A DNA stretch of 64,000 bases from Heteronotia binoei (taxonomy: Eukaryota): positions 133,114,001-133,178,000 of the forward strand of contig NC_083230.1 in assembly GCF_032191835.1 (NCBI RefSeq), read 5' to 3'. The notes beneath the pieces were generated by a model that saw only the letters and a program-made list of their open reading frames with translations, did no database searches and was not told where the DNA came from. Position numbers and translations under genes: made by a program. Position 1 is the stretch's first letter. Every line of letters starts with the position of its first letter. Positions 13,001 through 22,827 of the stretch are shown piece after piece.

Positions 13001-16000
13001 GCAGTCTCTGACCAATTCTGCACTAGACCCTTAATCCCGGTTTAGCCCTGGCCTATCCCCAAACTGACATTCTACACTAGAATCAGAGAAACCAACTCTG
13101 TGATTCTAAGAACGTCAGCTTGGAGGCGGGGCTAAAGCAGGATTAAAGGTCTAGTGCAGAACTGGTCTCTGCCTTTGAGGGGAGACCTATGTAGAGCGCA
13201 TTACAGCAGTCTAGTCTGGATGTCACCACAGTGGGGATCAGGTCGCCAGAATTGACAAGTCAAGGTAGGAGGGAATCTTCCAGGCTAAATTAATGCTTCC
13301 TTGTCTGGAGGGTCCAGTATAATCCCTCAGCTCTTAACAGACTCCGCAGAGGTCAGTTTTAATGGTGGGAAGCACAAAATCTCCTTGGCCTGCTACTGCA
13401 GACTGGGCAATTTCCACCCTGCCCCCGAAGACAGTTTCCCAGCTGCTTCACCAGCCCTGTTGGCAACAGCCATACCAGGGGACCTGGGTAGCCCCTTGGA
13501 AACCATTCTGTGCCCTGGGCAGGGAGGATGCACAGCCGTAGGCCCCCGCTCTCTGTTCCAGGGCAGAAGGGATGGGACTTGAATCCCCAGCAGGAGATTT
13601 CTGGCATCTACAGAATGAAGAAGAGGCATCTGATCTGCCTCACCAGCTGCACTGAAGTTTTGTGTGGGGGGCGGAGGAAGTAAGGAGAAGAGGCTCTGGA
13701 GGAACCCCTCCCTCCCTCCCTCCTCCTATTCACTGACCCATTCGGACCCCCCCCAGCAGAACTGCTGGCCCCCATCCAGCCCTTGGCTCACAAGAACAGA
13801 AGAGAAGCCATGTTGGATCAGGCCAGTCGCCCATCCAGTCGAACTCTCTGGGTCACACAGCGGCCAAAAAACCCAGGAGCCATCAGGAGGTCCACCAGTG
13901 GGGCCAGGACACCAGAAGCCCTCCCACTGTGGCTCCCCCCCCCCGCCCAAGCACCACGACTTCTGGCACACCACTCACTTCCCCCTCCATACACCAAAGA
14001 GCCCCTACCTGCTTCACTTACCTGAGCCAGGTAACTGTGGTTGATGCCTTTTAACTGCACAGATTTGGACCTGGAGTTCACTTTCAAGTGAAAGATGGAC
14101 ATCGGGGTCACCTCCCTGGACCCCGCATACACATCTGAATCTGGAAGGGGGGGGGGGGAGAGAATGTGACAGGGAGGCTCGCTTCCCACTGATCTTATCC
14201 ACCAGCACAGAGCGTTTGAATCGGCTCATTCACAGATTGCAACTTAAAATGCAGGTTTAATTAGAGCTGCCTCTTGGGAAAGGCAGTTTGTTGCTCTGGA
14301 TCCACGCCAAACAGGCATTCCCCACCCCCACCCCCAGTCCACCATAGGCCAAGACAGCTCACAAAATGTAAATATATGCAATTATAAAACATAGCTAAAA
14401 CACAAATTCAGACTGCCAGAGAAGTTCATTCAATAGTTGACTTCTGCTAAAAGCGTGGTAAAGTCAGTCCACTTGAGGGGGGGAGCTCCCTACACCAAGG
14501 AGGCTGGCAGGGGATTCCAGCCAGGGGAAAAGCCCAGTGGGTTGCAGCTGAATGAAAAGGGAGAGGTCTGAAGAAGAGGAGGCGGAGACTGGATTTCTCC
14601 CCCCCCCCCTCGCTCCATCTGGAGTCTGTCCCTTCCCCTCCCAACATCAGACACCCTGAGAGAACTTGTGACTGACCCAAGGTCACCCAGCTGGCGTCAA
14701 GTGGAGGAGGAGGAGGAGTGGGGAATCAAACCCCGTGCTCTTACCCACTACACCAAACTAGCTCTGATGAGTGCATTGAGGGCACGAGCTCATAAAGGGA
14801 AAGAGATATGGGAATCCCAGACAAGCACAGCGTTCTCTCAGCCAGTGATCAAATGTCTGCCTTTTGCACCAGCCGATGTTTCTTGAACAGTTTACAGGAG
14901 CAGCCCCGCATCGATCCCCACAACACCCTGTGATGCTGTCTAGACTGAGTAACGGCTTAAAGGCATTATGCTGCAAGGTCTCTGGCTGAGTGGGGATTTG
15001 AGCACGGGTCTTCACAGCTATAGCTAACAGCCACAGCTCTACACCAGCTAGACGAGCCCAGGCCTGTCTGCCTTTGTGAATGGGAACCACCTCTGCTTCT
15101 TGTGCGAGAAAACAGAGTCTACTTGCCGCATATGACCGTGACGTATCGTTTGGCCCTTGTCCTCAGACTGACCCACTGCGGACACCTCCTGATAACAAAC
15201 CACTCTTCATTGTTCGCAGGGCTGTCTCCGAGGCAGAGGAGCCCCCGACTTCCATGTGGATACAGGAGACGCCCCTCCCTGTCCGCAAGGACCGCCAGGC
15301 CTCCTGGCTTCAGGGTCAAGTGGAAGGCAGTCTCCACAGACGGCTTCTGCACCAGCTTCTCTGATCTGGAGACAAACTTGTGGTTGGCCGTCTCCAAATG
15401 ATAGAGCCCCCCCCTGAACCTCAGGATAAAGCTGCACTCCTCCAGGGACGGCACCTGCGTGTCCACCCAGACCCGGCTGAGCTCTGGATCAGCTCGAGCG
15501 TAGCGTTGCAAGTGGGGGTTGAAGAGGACCACGTGGGCGTGCATGGCCAGCTGAGGCATCCACATGTGCTGGGAGGTCACGGCCCGGGCGATGCAGAAGA
15601 CATCTTCTCCGTCCGACTCCAAGTACTTCCCGCTTTGGGCCTGCTGGAGGGTCCATGTCCTGCTGGGGTGCACCTCCAGGAGGAACTGGCCCTGCTTCTC
15701 CGGCTGGGCACACCAGACTGCGCCATCGGGGTCCACCCAGAGAGCTTGTCCCTGGTGCCCCCACAGTTCCACCACCGTCTGCTCCCCGCACTTCCTGATG
15801 ACCTTCAGCTCCCAGGTCTGCAGAGGCCAGAAGAGACCCTTCAGCCAAGCCCTCCAGACCCCCTCGGGCAGCCCTCCCTGCCCCCAGGCAGGACCAAGGG
15901 GCGGAGCAAAGGGCCACTAGTCAGCCTCAGGAAGGGGGGCAGGAGGGCAGCATCGTCGTGCAAACCTGCCTCCCCCCACGGCCCCTGGGAAACGCAAACC

Positions 16001-16179
16001 ATGGGAGGGGGGCAGGACCAGCCCACCCCCTCCTCTTCCTCCCGAGAGCCCCGGGCAGGGCAAGGGCGGGGGCTGACCTGCTTCTTGCCCAGCGAGGCGC
16101 CCAGGGCGGTGAGGGCGCCGCCGCAGCAGCCCTGGGCCGTCAGGTAGCCGCCCGTCCAGTCGATCAGCCCCACCTGCAT
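10090..16179 (-). CDS. FSCN3: Fascin-3 (testis fascin), complete, 6 exons, 482 aa
   Basis: Exons 16179-16078 (MQVGLIDWTGGYLT..LGKKQ), 15817-15127, 14140-14022, 11271-11112, 10767-10597 and 10295-10090 (..ESLWEF*). All phases are compatible and the total is 1449 nt. The protein is collinear with recalled human FSCN3 (YARADP, LEEC.F.L.FR.G.YHLET, LANRSFL.LRG.YGYVGS, WGKF.LNFC.E). Intron 2 needs a GC donor. Confidence 0.93.
11890..12866 (-). mobile_element. tRNA-derived SINE (Squam3/MIR-like) with an internal 79-bp tandem array, ~10 units, in FSCN3 intron 3
   Basis: Head with A box (revcomp of ccactacaccaaact, ~12850-12864), unit starts every 79 bp from ~12045 to ~12756, and a SINE body/tail at 11890-12045 matching the monomer at 29706-29987. 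Confidence 0.85.
13010..13167. mobile_element. Non-autonomous DNA transposon (MITE), 158 bp
   Basis: 28-bp TIRs gaccaattctgcactagacccttaatcc / ggattaaaggtctagtgcagaactggtc with 2 mismatches. TCT on both flanks is a possible 3-bp TSD, which would be PIF/Harbinger-like in length. Confidence 0.75.
13170..13640 (-). mobile_element. Decayed L2-clade LINE ORF2 fragment
   Basis: The minus strand reads VTSRLDCCNALYIGLP, resembling the L2 SRLDYCN.L..GLP motif. The upstream boundary is approximate. Confidence 0.6.
14555..14765 (-). mobile_element. Degenerate, internally deleted copy of the Squam3-like SINE
   Basis: Contains gactgacccaaggtcacccagc..gaggagtggggaatcaaacc..ccactacaccaaactagctct, the same head as the other copies. 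Confidence 0.7.
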
Positions 16180-16618
16180 CGCCCCGCCCCGCCCCGCCCC
16201 GAGGAGGCACCACAGCCCCCGCCCCTCCCTCCCTCTGTGACCGCACAATGCCCCGCCCCGCCCCGAGAGGAGGAGGAGGGGGAGGAAGAGAAGAGGAGGA
16301 GGGAGAGGCCCCTCCGCACAAAGGGGGGTTTTCCCCCCCCCCCCCGGGCAGCTCCCGGCTCCCTCCCCCCCCCCCCGCCAAGACTCGGGAAGCGGAACTT
16401 TAAAAATTGTCGCGTGCGGACTTCCCGTCCGCTCTGGCTCCCTTGCCGGTCTCTATGACCCCGCCGCGCAGGCGCCCTCCGCCCCTGCCCCAGCCAGCCC
16501 GGAGAGCGCAAGCGCGACTCTCGCCCGACCCGGAAGGGGTGGGAGGAGCCGCCCTGTGGGCCAATCCGGGCGAGCGAGGCGGCCGGGCCCGGGCAAAGAG
16601 GCTCCCTGCGGCGGCTGC
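16180..16618. promoter_or_regulatory. Bidirectional CpG-island promoter region shared by FSCN3 (-) and GCC1 (+)
   Basis: 439 bp between divergent ATGs, CpG-dense, with GC boxes (16183-16200), ETS-like CCGGAAG (16530-16536) and CCAAT (16561-16565). TSS positions are not determined. Confidence 0.7.
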
Positions 16619-19600
16619 ATGGAGAAGCTGGGCATGGCCTTCGGGGGGGGCGGCCCCAGCCGGCGGGAGCTGCAGGAGACGGTGGAGGCGCAGCAGCAGC
16701 AGCTGGCCCAGTACCAGGCCCGCCTGAAGGACGTGGTGCGCGCCTACAAGAGCCTGCTGAAGGAGAAGGAGGCGCTCGAGGCCAGCCTCAGGGTCCTGGG
16801 CGCGGGCAGAGCAGAAGAGCCGGGCCCCCGGGAGGGGGAGGAGGAGGAGGCCGCCAGCGCCAGCGCCCCCTCCCCGCCCAGGCTGGACGAGGCCAGCGGC
16901 TCGGAAAGCGGCAGCACCGGGGAGCCCAGCGAGGCAGACCGCAGGCTGCTGCAGCTGAAGACCCAGCTGGCCACCGTCACCAGCGCCCTGGCCACCGTCA
17001 CCCAGGAGAAGTCGCGCATGGAGGCCTCCTACCAGGCAGACAAGAAGAAGATGAAGCAGGAGCTGGAGGAGGCGGGCAGGAGGGCGGCCGAGGAGCTGAA
17101 GGCCGCGCAGGAGCAGCTGGCCGAGACCAGGGCCCGCCTCATCACGCAGCAGCATGACCGGGCCCAGGAGCAGAGCGACCACGCGGTCATGCTGCATGAG
17201 CTCCAGAGGCTGCTGCAGAGCGAGAGGGCCCAGCGGCAGGAGGCCGAGCTGAGCCTGGAGGAGACCAGAGAGGCGCTGGCCGGCAAAGCGGGGGTGGCCG
17301 GCCAGATGGAAGGCTATGAGCGCCAAGCCAAGCAGCTGGCCCAAGAAGTGGACGGCCTCAGGAGGGCCCTGCAGGCCGCCCAAGAGGAGAGCAGCAGGCC
17401 CGACCCGCAGCTGCAGGAGCTGCAGGCAGAAGTGGTTGCCCTCAAGAACAGTTTCCAAGCTCAGCTGCTGCAGGAGATGAGAAAGGTGCTACTGTTGGTG
17501 CCCTGGGGAGGGGGGGCACCAGAAGACCCCTGGAGGCTGCCTGGGCACCTCTTTCAGCCTCTCTCTGGCCACAGACAGTTTCCTTTTCTGCGCTTGGGGG
17601 CTTTGTGAGGTTGCTCCTAGTCTCCCCTGGGGTTCAGACTCCTGTTGCTCCTCAGTGTCTCTTTTCTAAACCGAAAAGTGCCAAAGTCCTCAGCATTCCC
17701 TCAGAGGAAAGGAGCTCCAGGAACTCTTCAGCATCTTGAATGCTCTTTTCTGTACTTTTTCCAGCTCTGCAAAGTCCTTTTAGATACATGGTGAACTGCA
17801 CAATAGTCCAGATGAGACCACACCATAGGTTTGCATAAGAGTGCTGTAATATTGGCCTTTTATATTTTTGCTCCCTCTCCTAATAAGTGCCAGCATGGAG
17901 TCTGCCTGTTTTGCCACTGCAGCACCTCGACATCACAGTCCTCTGCAGAGTTGCTTCCATCTACGCTAACTGAGGTGATGAGCTTAGACTGAAGCAGCTC
18001 TGCAGTGGATTGTGTGGTGGGTTTTAACTGAGCTTTCCGCTATGACCCCAAGAAGTGTCCAGATCATGCAAAATGATGGTATCACTTTGCTCTGGTTAGG
18101 CCTCTTGCGTTCAGCTTTGGGCACCACATTTTGAGAAGGATCTAGACAAGCCTGAACATGTCCAGAGGAAGGCAGTGAAGATGGCGAGGGGTCTGGAGAC
18201 CAAGTCCTGCGAGGAGAGTGGAGAGGGAAACACGGGGACTTGCTGTCTTGCTCTTGATTCTCACCAACAGAGAAGAACTGGTTGATGAGGTGGAAGCAGT
18301 GGGCACCCTGGGGAGTAGGGACCGCATGATTGTGGAATTTACAAGTCTTTGGAAAACTGTACATAGTCAGATGTATAGGTTGGTCTTCAGGAAATGAGCT
18401 TAGGGGAATGAGCATAGAGCCAAAGGTCACTGGCGATGTATGTGTGTGAGGGAGTTTTGACAAACTTAGAGGGATGCTGGGTAAAATCCCATGGGCAGAA
18501 ATACTAAAGGAGAAGGGAGCTCAAGAGAGATGAGAGTTTCTTAAAAGGGCAGTATTGAGGGCACAATTGCAAACAATTCCTATGAGAAGGAAAAATGGAA
18601 AGAGCCTAAAGAAGCCAAGTTGGCTCCATAGAAAGGGCTTATCATAGAGAGGGTGGGGCAGATTAGTCTTCTGTTGTCCCAGAAGGTTGGACCAGAACCA
18701 ACGGGTCAAAATTAAATCAAAGAAGTTTTCAACTAAACAGTAGGAACAGGCTTCCTCCTGGGGAGGTGGTGGGCTCTCCTTCTTTGGAGGTTTTAAAGAG
18801 AGGCTGGATGGCCACCTGACTGCAGTGCTGAGCCTGTGAACTGAGGCAGATCAAGAGAGGGAGGACAGGAAGGGCTGCATCTGTGCTTGATTCTTGTGGC
18901 CCTTTCTTACATGTCACGGAAATGTTGAGCACCACTTTGGGGTCAGGCAGCAATTTTTCGCTGAGCCAATTTGGCAAGAGATCCTGGAGGTTTTTGCCAT
19001 CTTCTGGGCATAGAGCCAAAGGTCACTGGTGATGTATGTGTGTGAGGGAGGTATCTGTGGATTTCCTGCATTGTGCAGGGAGTTGGACTACATGAGCCTG
19101 GAGGTCCCTTCCAACTCTAGGATTCTATGATTCTGTTCCTGCTCTTATCCTGTGACTCCTAAGTTTAACTCAGGAGTCTTTGGGGAGCTGCAGTTTGGCC
19201 ACCCCTGGTGTATGCTGTCAGGGCCTGGAGACATACCGTTTTTAAATTTTCCCAGTGGTCTAGAACTTGATCTCTGGGCACCTCACTTGGGCTGAATCCT
19301 TCAGACTCCCTTCCTGAAAACAGTGGCTCTACAACTCCAAGATCTCTTTCCCTCTCAGTCCTGGCTCCATCATGGCAGCTCTGTTCTCACCCCATGTGAA
19401 GGAGGGGCGGGTTCTGCCTCAACACGCAGTACTTATTTCATCCTGTCCTGGGACATTCTGGCGGGCAGGACTCTTTGTGCCCATGGAGCTGCCTGGATCA
19501 CATGATGCTAACATGGAGCCTTCAGACAGAAGAGGTTTCCCCTTTCTGGCTGCCGCCTTCTGGGGTTTGTGTTTCTCCGTCTCCCTCTGCAGCCTGTGTC

Positions 19601-20992
19601 CCTCAGAGCTCTTTTAGGCTTTGTAGTGAGGGAGCCATCTAACGCAGTGCCTGTCTGCTTTGTTCTTTCCAGACGGCTCAGGCAGAGGAGCGGGTCCAGA
19701 TGGAGGAGCGGCGGGTCACCAACCTGGAGGTCCAGATGTCGGAGGTGTCCGAGCTCCTGGGCGCCTATGAGAAGGCCAAGCAGAAGGACCAGGTGGCCAT
19801 CCACAAGCTGAAGGAGCGTGTTGCCCAGTTGGACCTCGAGAACAAGACGCTGGCCATGGCTGCCTCTGGCCGCTCCCCCCTGGACTTCTCCCTCGAGGAG
19901 AGCAGCTTGGACGTCAACATCCTCAAGGAGAAGATGGAGAAGCTGCAGCAGCTGCTGCAGGCGGCTGCCAAGCACGGCCAGTGCCCTCCGGCCCTGGAGA
20001 CCTTCTGCCTGCCGGAGCTGCCTGCAGGTGGCGGCACGGAGAACGGAGACGGGGAGAAGGCCTCTGCCGCCTACTACCAGCAGGAGCTGAAGCAGCTGAA
20101 GGAGGAGTTTGAGAGGTACAAGCTGCGTGCGCAGGTGGTCCTGAAGAACAAGGCGGCCAAAGACGGGAGCCTGGCCAAGGAGCTGGAGGAGGCCCAGGAG
20201 CAGCTGGCGGAGCTGAAGGAGAAGTACGTCTCCCTGCGGCTCTCCTGCGAGGCGGGGGAGAAGCAGCACCGAGCGGAGCTGGAGGCCAAGAAGCAGGATC
20301 TCTCCCGCCTGCAGCAGCTCCACCGGCAGGAGCTGGAGAGGGCCCAGGCGGCCTGCCAGGAGCGGCTGCTCCTGCTGGAGGAGGAAATGCACAAGCAGCG
20401 GGACCGGGCCCTGGCCATGCTGGCCGAGAAGGACCAGGAGCTGGAGCAGCTGCGGACCGTGGTCTTGCCCTCCGGCCTCCAGGGAGCCAGGAAGGCCCTT
20501 GCCGGGCCAGGCCCTCAGGCCAGCAGCAGCAGCAGCCAGGAGCCGCAGCCGGAGGGGACAGAGTCTCTGGAGAGCCTCACCCAGGCGCTGCGCCTGACTG
20601 CTCCCGGCGAGCCCGGCTTCCTCCTGTACACGGAGCAGCTGGCCCGCCAGGAGGTGGCGGTGGCCGCTCTGAAGAAAGAGAAGCGCCGGCTGGAGGCTGA
20701 GGCCCACCGCCTGCAGGCCAGGCTGCTGCAGGAGGGGGAGGAGCACCGGGAGGAGGTGGCTGCCCTCCAGGGCCGCCTGCAGAAGAGCCTCCGGGACCAG
20801 AGCAGGGAAGGCGCCAACCTGGAGTACCTCAAGAACATCTTCTATCGCTTCCTCACCTGGACGGACCTGCTGGGTCGGCAGCAGACACTGACGGCCATCC
20901 TGACCATCCTCCGCTTCAGCCCCGAGGAGAGGCAGGCGGTGCTGAGGCACGTGGCTGGCAGCCGCAGCTGGTGGCTCTCGGGGAAGAGGTGA
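16619..20992 (+). CDS. GCC1: GRIP and coiled-coil domain-containing protein 1 (GCC88), complete, 2 coding exons, 728 aa
   Basis: Exon 16619-17485 (MEKLGMAFGGGGPSRRELQETVE..QEMRK, donor GT at 17486) and exon 19673-20992 (TAQAEER..). The C-terminal GRIP domain is ANLEYLKNIFYRFLT..GRQQTLTAILTILRFSPEE and the protein ends in WW.SGKR as in the human orthologue. Confidence 0.96.
17650..19135. mobile_element. Cluster of decayed CR1 LINE fragments in the GCC1 intron
   Basis: RT C-terminal piece (~18060-18215), EN-linker piece (~18230-18630) and a 3' end finishing in the CR1-type tail attctatgattct (~19123-19135). An inverted fragment lies at ~17650-17930. Boundaries are approximate. Confidence 0.7.
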
Positions 20993-21238
20993 AGCGCCCT
21001 GCCCCTTCCCCTGCCTTCCCGGAGGCCTGCCCCCCAGGGGATGGCTGTGGGTATTCTTGTGCCAAGAAGGGGGCGACTGCCCCTCCACCTGGCTCAGGGC
21101 AGCAGGCTTCCCTGCGGAGCCCGTTTTCCTCAAAGGAGTCTCTGCTCAGCAGGATTGAAGCTCTTTTCCAGGACTCTTGCTTGAACATGAGAAGGGGGGG
21201 AGGATTCTGGTGGGATTTCTCCCTGTTTGCGACTGGCT

Positions 21239-21244
21239 AATAAA
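21239..21244 (+). other. Candidate GCC1 polyadenylation signal AATAAA
   Basis: First AATAAA after the GCC1 stop, about 250 bp downstream. There is no clear downstream U/GU-rich element, so support is weak. Confidence 0.3.
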
Positions 21245-21599
21245 GCGAGCCTCCCCTGCCCTTCCTGCCCTCGATCTGCGGGCCAAGGAGCACAACAGCC
21301 TTCCAGGGAGGGGGAGGGGCGGCACACCTTGGCAGCTGGGGTGGGGGTGGGGAGGTGGGGCTTGCCAAGGCAAGCAGACTCTGGCTGCAGCAGCGACCAG
21401 CCAGCCGCACTGCCAGGAGGCCGTAAGAGCCAGGGTTGGGCCTGCTCCCCAGAGGAAGAGAAGCCAGGCGGTTCTTTATTCCGGGCATCAAGTCCTGCCG
21501 TGTGTGCCAGCCCAAGGTCACGCATGTTTCTCACTTAAGACTTGCATTTAAAATCAATCTTAATCATTCTTGAAATGAGTAAACATGAAATAATCAGTA

Positions 21600-22030
21600 T
21601 GATAGAAAACACATTTGTTTCGTTTATACCTTGCACCCCCTTCCCCACGGGGGACTCGGGGCAGCTCACTCACAGCAGCTCCAATCCAATAGACAGAAGT
21701 GCAATACAAACAAGTAGGATAAGTCTAAAACAAGGCGGCCAATTAAAGCGTCAGCTTAACCGACAAGCTCTTCTGAAGGGTTAACCCAGCTGGCCAGCTC
21801 CCTGCTTCCTAAGGCTGACCAAAGGCCACCTGAAACCGAGCAGCCTTGCATGCCCTGCGGGGTGGGGGGTGGTGCTGAGAATGCCATTGCCCTGGTGCTG
21901 GGCAGGTGGGCATCTAGTCGGCCAGGTCCCTGTAGAGGGCTGCCCAGCGAGGATGAGCTGAGAGGTCTGGAGGGATGAAACTGGAAGCAGAAATCTCTGT
22001 CTCTCGTTGCTTATCCCATCTGGAGATTAG
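21600..22030 (-). mobile_element. Decayed L2-like LINE 3' end
   Basis: The minus strand resembles L2 3' ORF2/UTR sequence ending in an A-rich tail near 21610. Recognised by pattern only. Confidence 0.45.
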
Positions 22031-22614
22031 AAGATAGTGTGCAGTTCAGCCTCCTGCAGCAAGAGTAGGCAGCCCCACGCAATCTACAGCTGGGGAAATT
22101 CCACTTCTCCCCGTTTCCTGAACCTGGCAACTAAAACAAATAGTCCGTCGTGCTCTTTGTTCAGCCAGTGCCTGGAACGGGCAGGGGTCTCTTCCCTTCT
22201 AAAGTTGTCCTCCTCTGCTCTTCCATTCTCTACAGTTCCAGCTTTCATAAAAATACTCCCCGGGTTCTTTTGTGGGGGCTTTCATAGGCCCCCCGCCCCA
22301 GAGAAGGCCCCTGAATGGGCAGTTGCTGAACGTCCCTGTTGGCGAGGTGGGGGAAGCCGCTGCTGCGGTGGGAGGCAGCCTTGCAGGTCTGTGGCTCCAA
22401 GGCCACGAGGGCCATTGGTCTTAGGAAAGAGCCGTCCCCTGGGCTGAACTCGGCCACTGGGGAAGGGGCGAGAGGCGTGTTTTGTTGAGCCCCCGGTGGC
22501 AAGTGTGCTGCAGCGCTCTGTGCCAACTGGAGCTTCCCAATGTACTTGAAGGACATACCCAAGTGCCACGTGGTACAGTAGTCCAGTCACGCAGGGACTG
22601 TGGCTTGGATCACA

Positions 22615-22827
22615 TGAACACACGAAGCTGCCTTCCACTGAATCAGACCCCCCTGGGTCCATCCAAGTCAGCCTTGTCTCCTCAGACTGGCAGCGGCTCT
22701 CCAGGGTCTCCAGCTGAGGTTTTTCACACCTATTTGCCTGGACCCTTTTGAGTTGGAGATGCCAGGGATTGAACCTGGACCTCCTGCTTCCCAAGCAGAT
22801 GCTCTACCACTGAGCCACCGTCCCTCC
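22615..22827 (-). mobile_element. tRNA-derived SINE (Squam2-like)
   Basis: Minus strand ggtggctcagtggtagagcatctgc (A box) ..ggttcaatccctggcatctcc (B box), followed by a non-tRNA body and tail. A related tail fragment is at 1-60. Confidence 0.75.

Noticed and set aside
16180-16618. N-terminal extensions of FSCN3 (ORF from 16248) and GCC1 (ORF from 16556), and likewise DENND6B (ORF from 40873)
   Set aside because: They begin at TTG/GTG codons picked by the ORF caller. The first in-frame ATGs (16179, 16619, 40510) have good Kozak context and coincide with the start of homology.
16400-21133. Antisense ORFs of 352 aa (16400-17458) and 541 aa (19508-21133)
   Set aside because: These are shadows of the CAG/GAG/CTG-rich GCC1 coiled-coil codons, with no recognisable domain.
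22740-22827. Possible tRNA gene on the minus strand
   Set aside because: A and B boxes are present, but the acceptor stem is not complementary and the sequence continues into a SINE body and tail.
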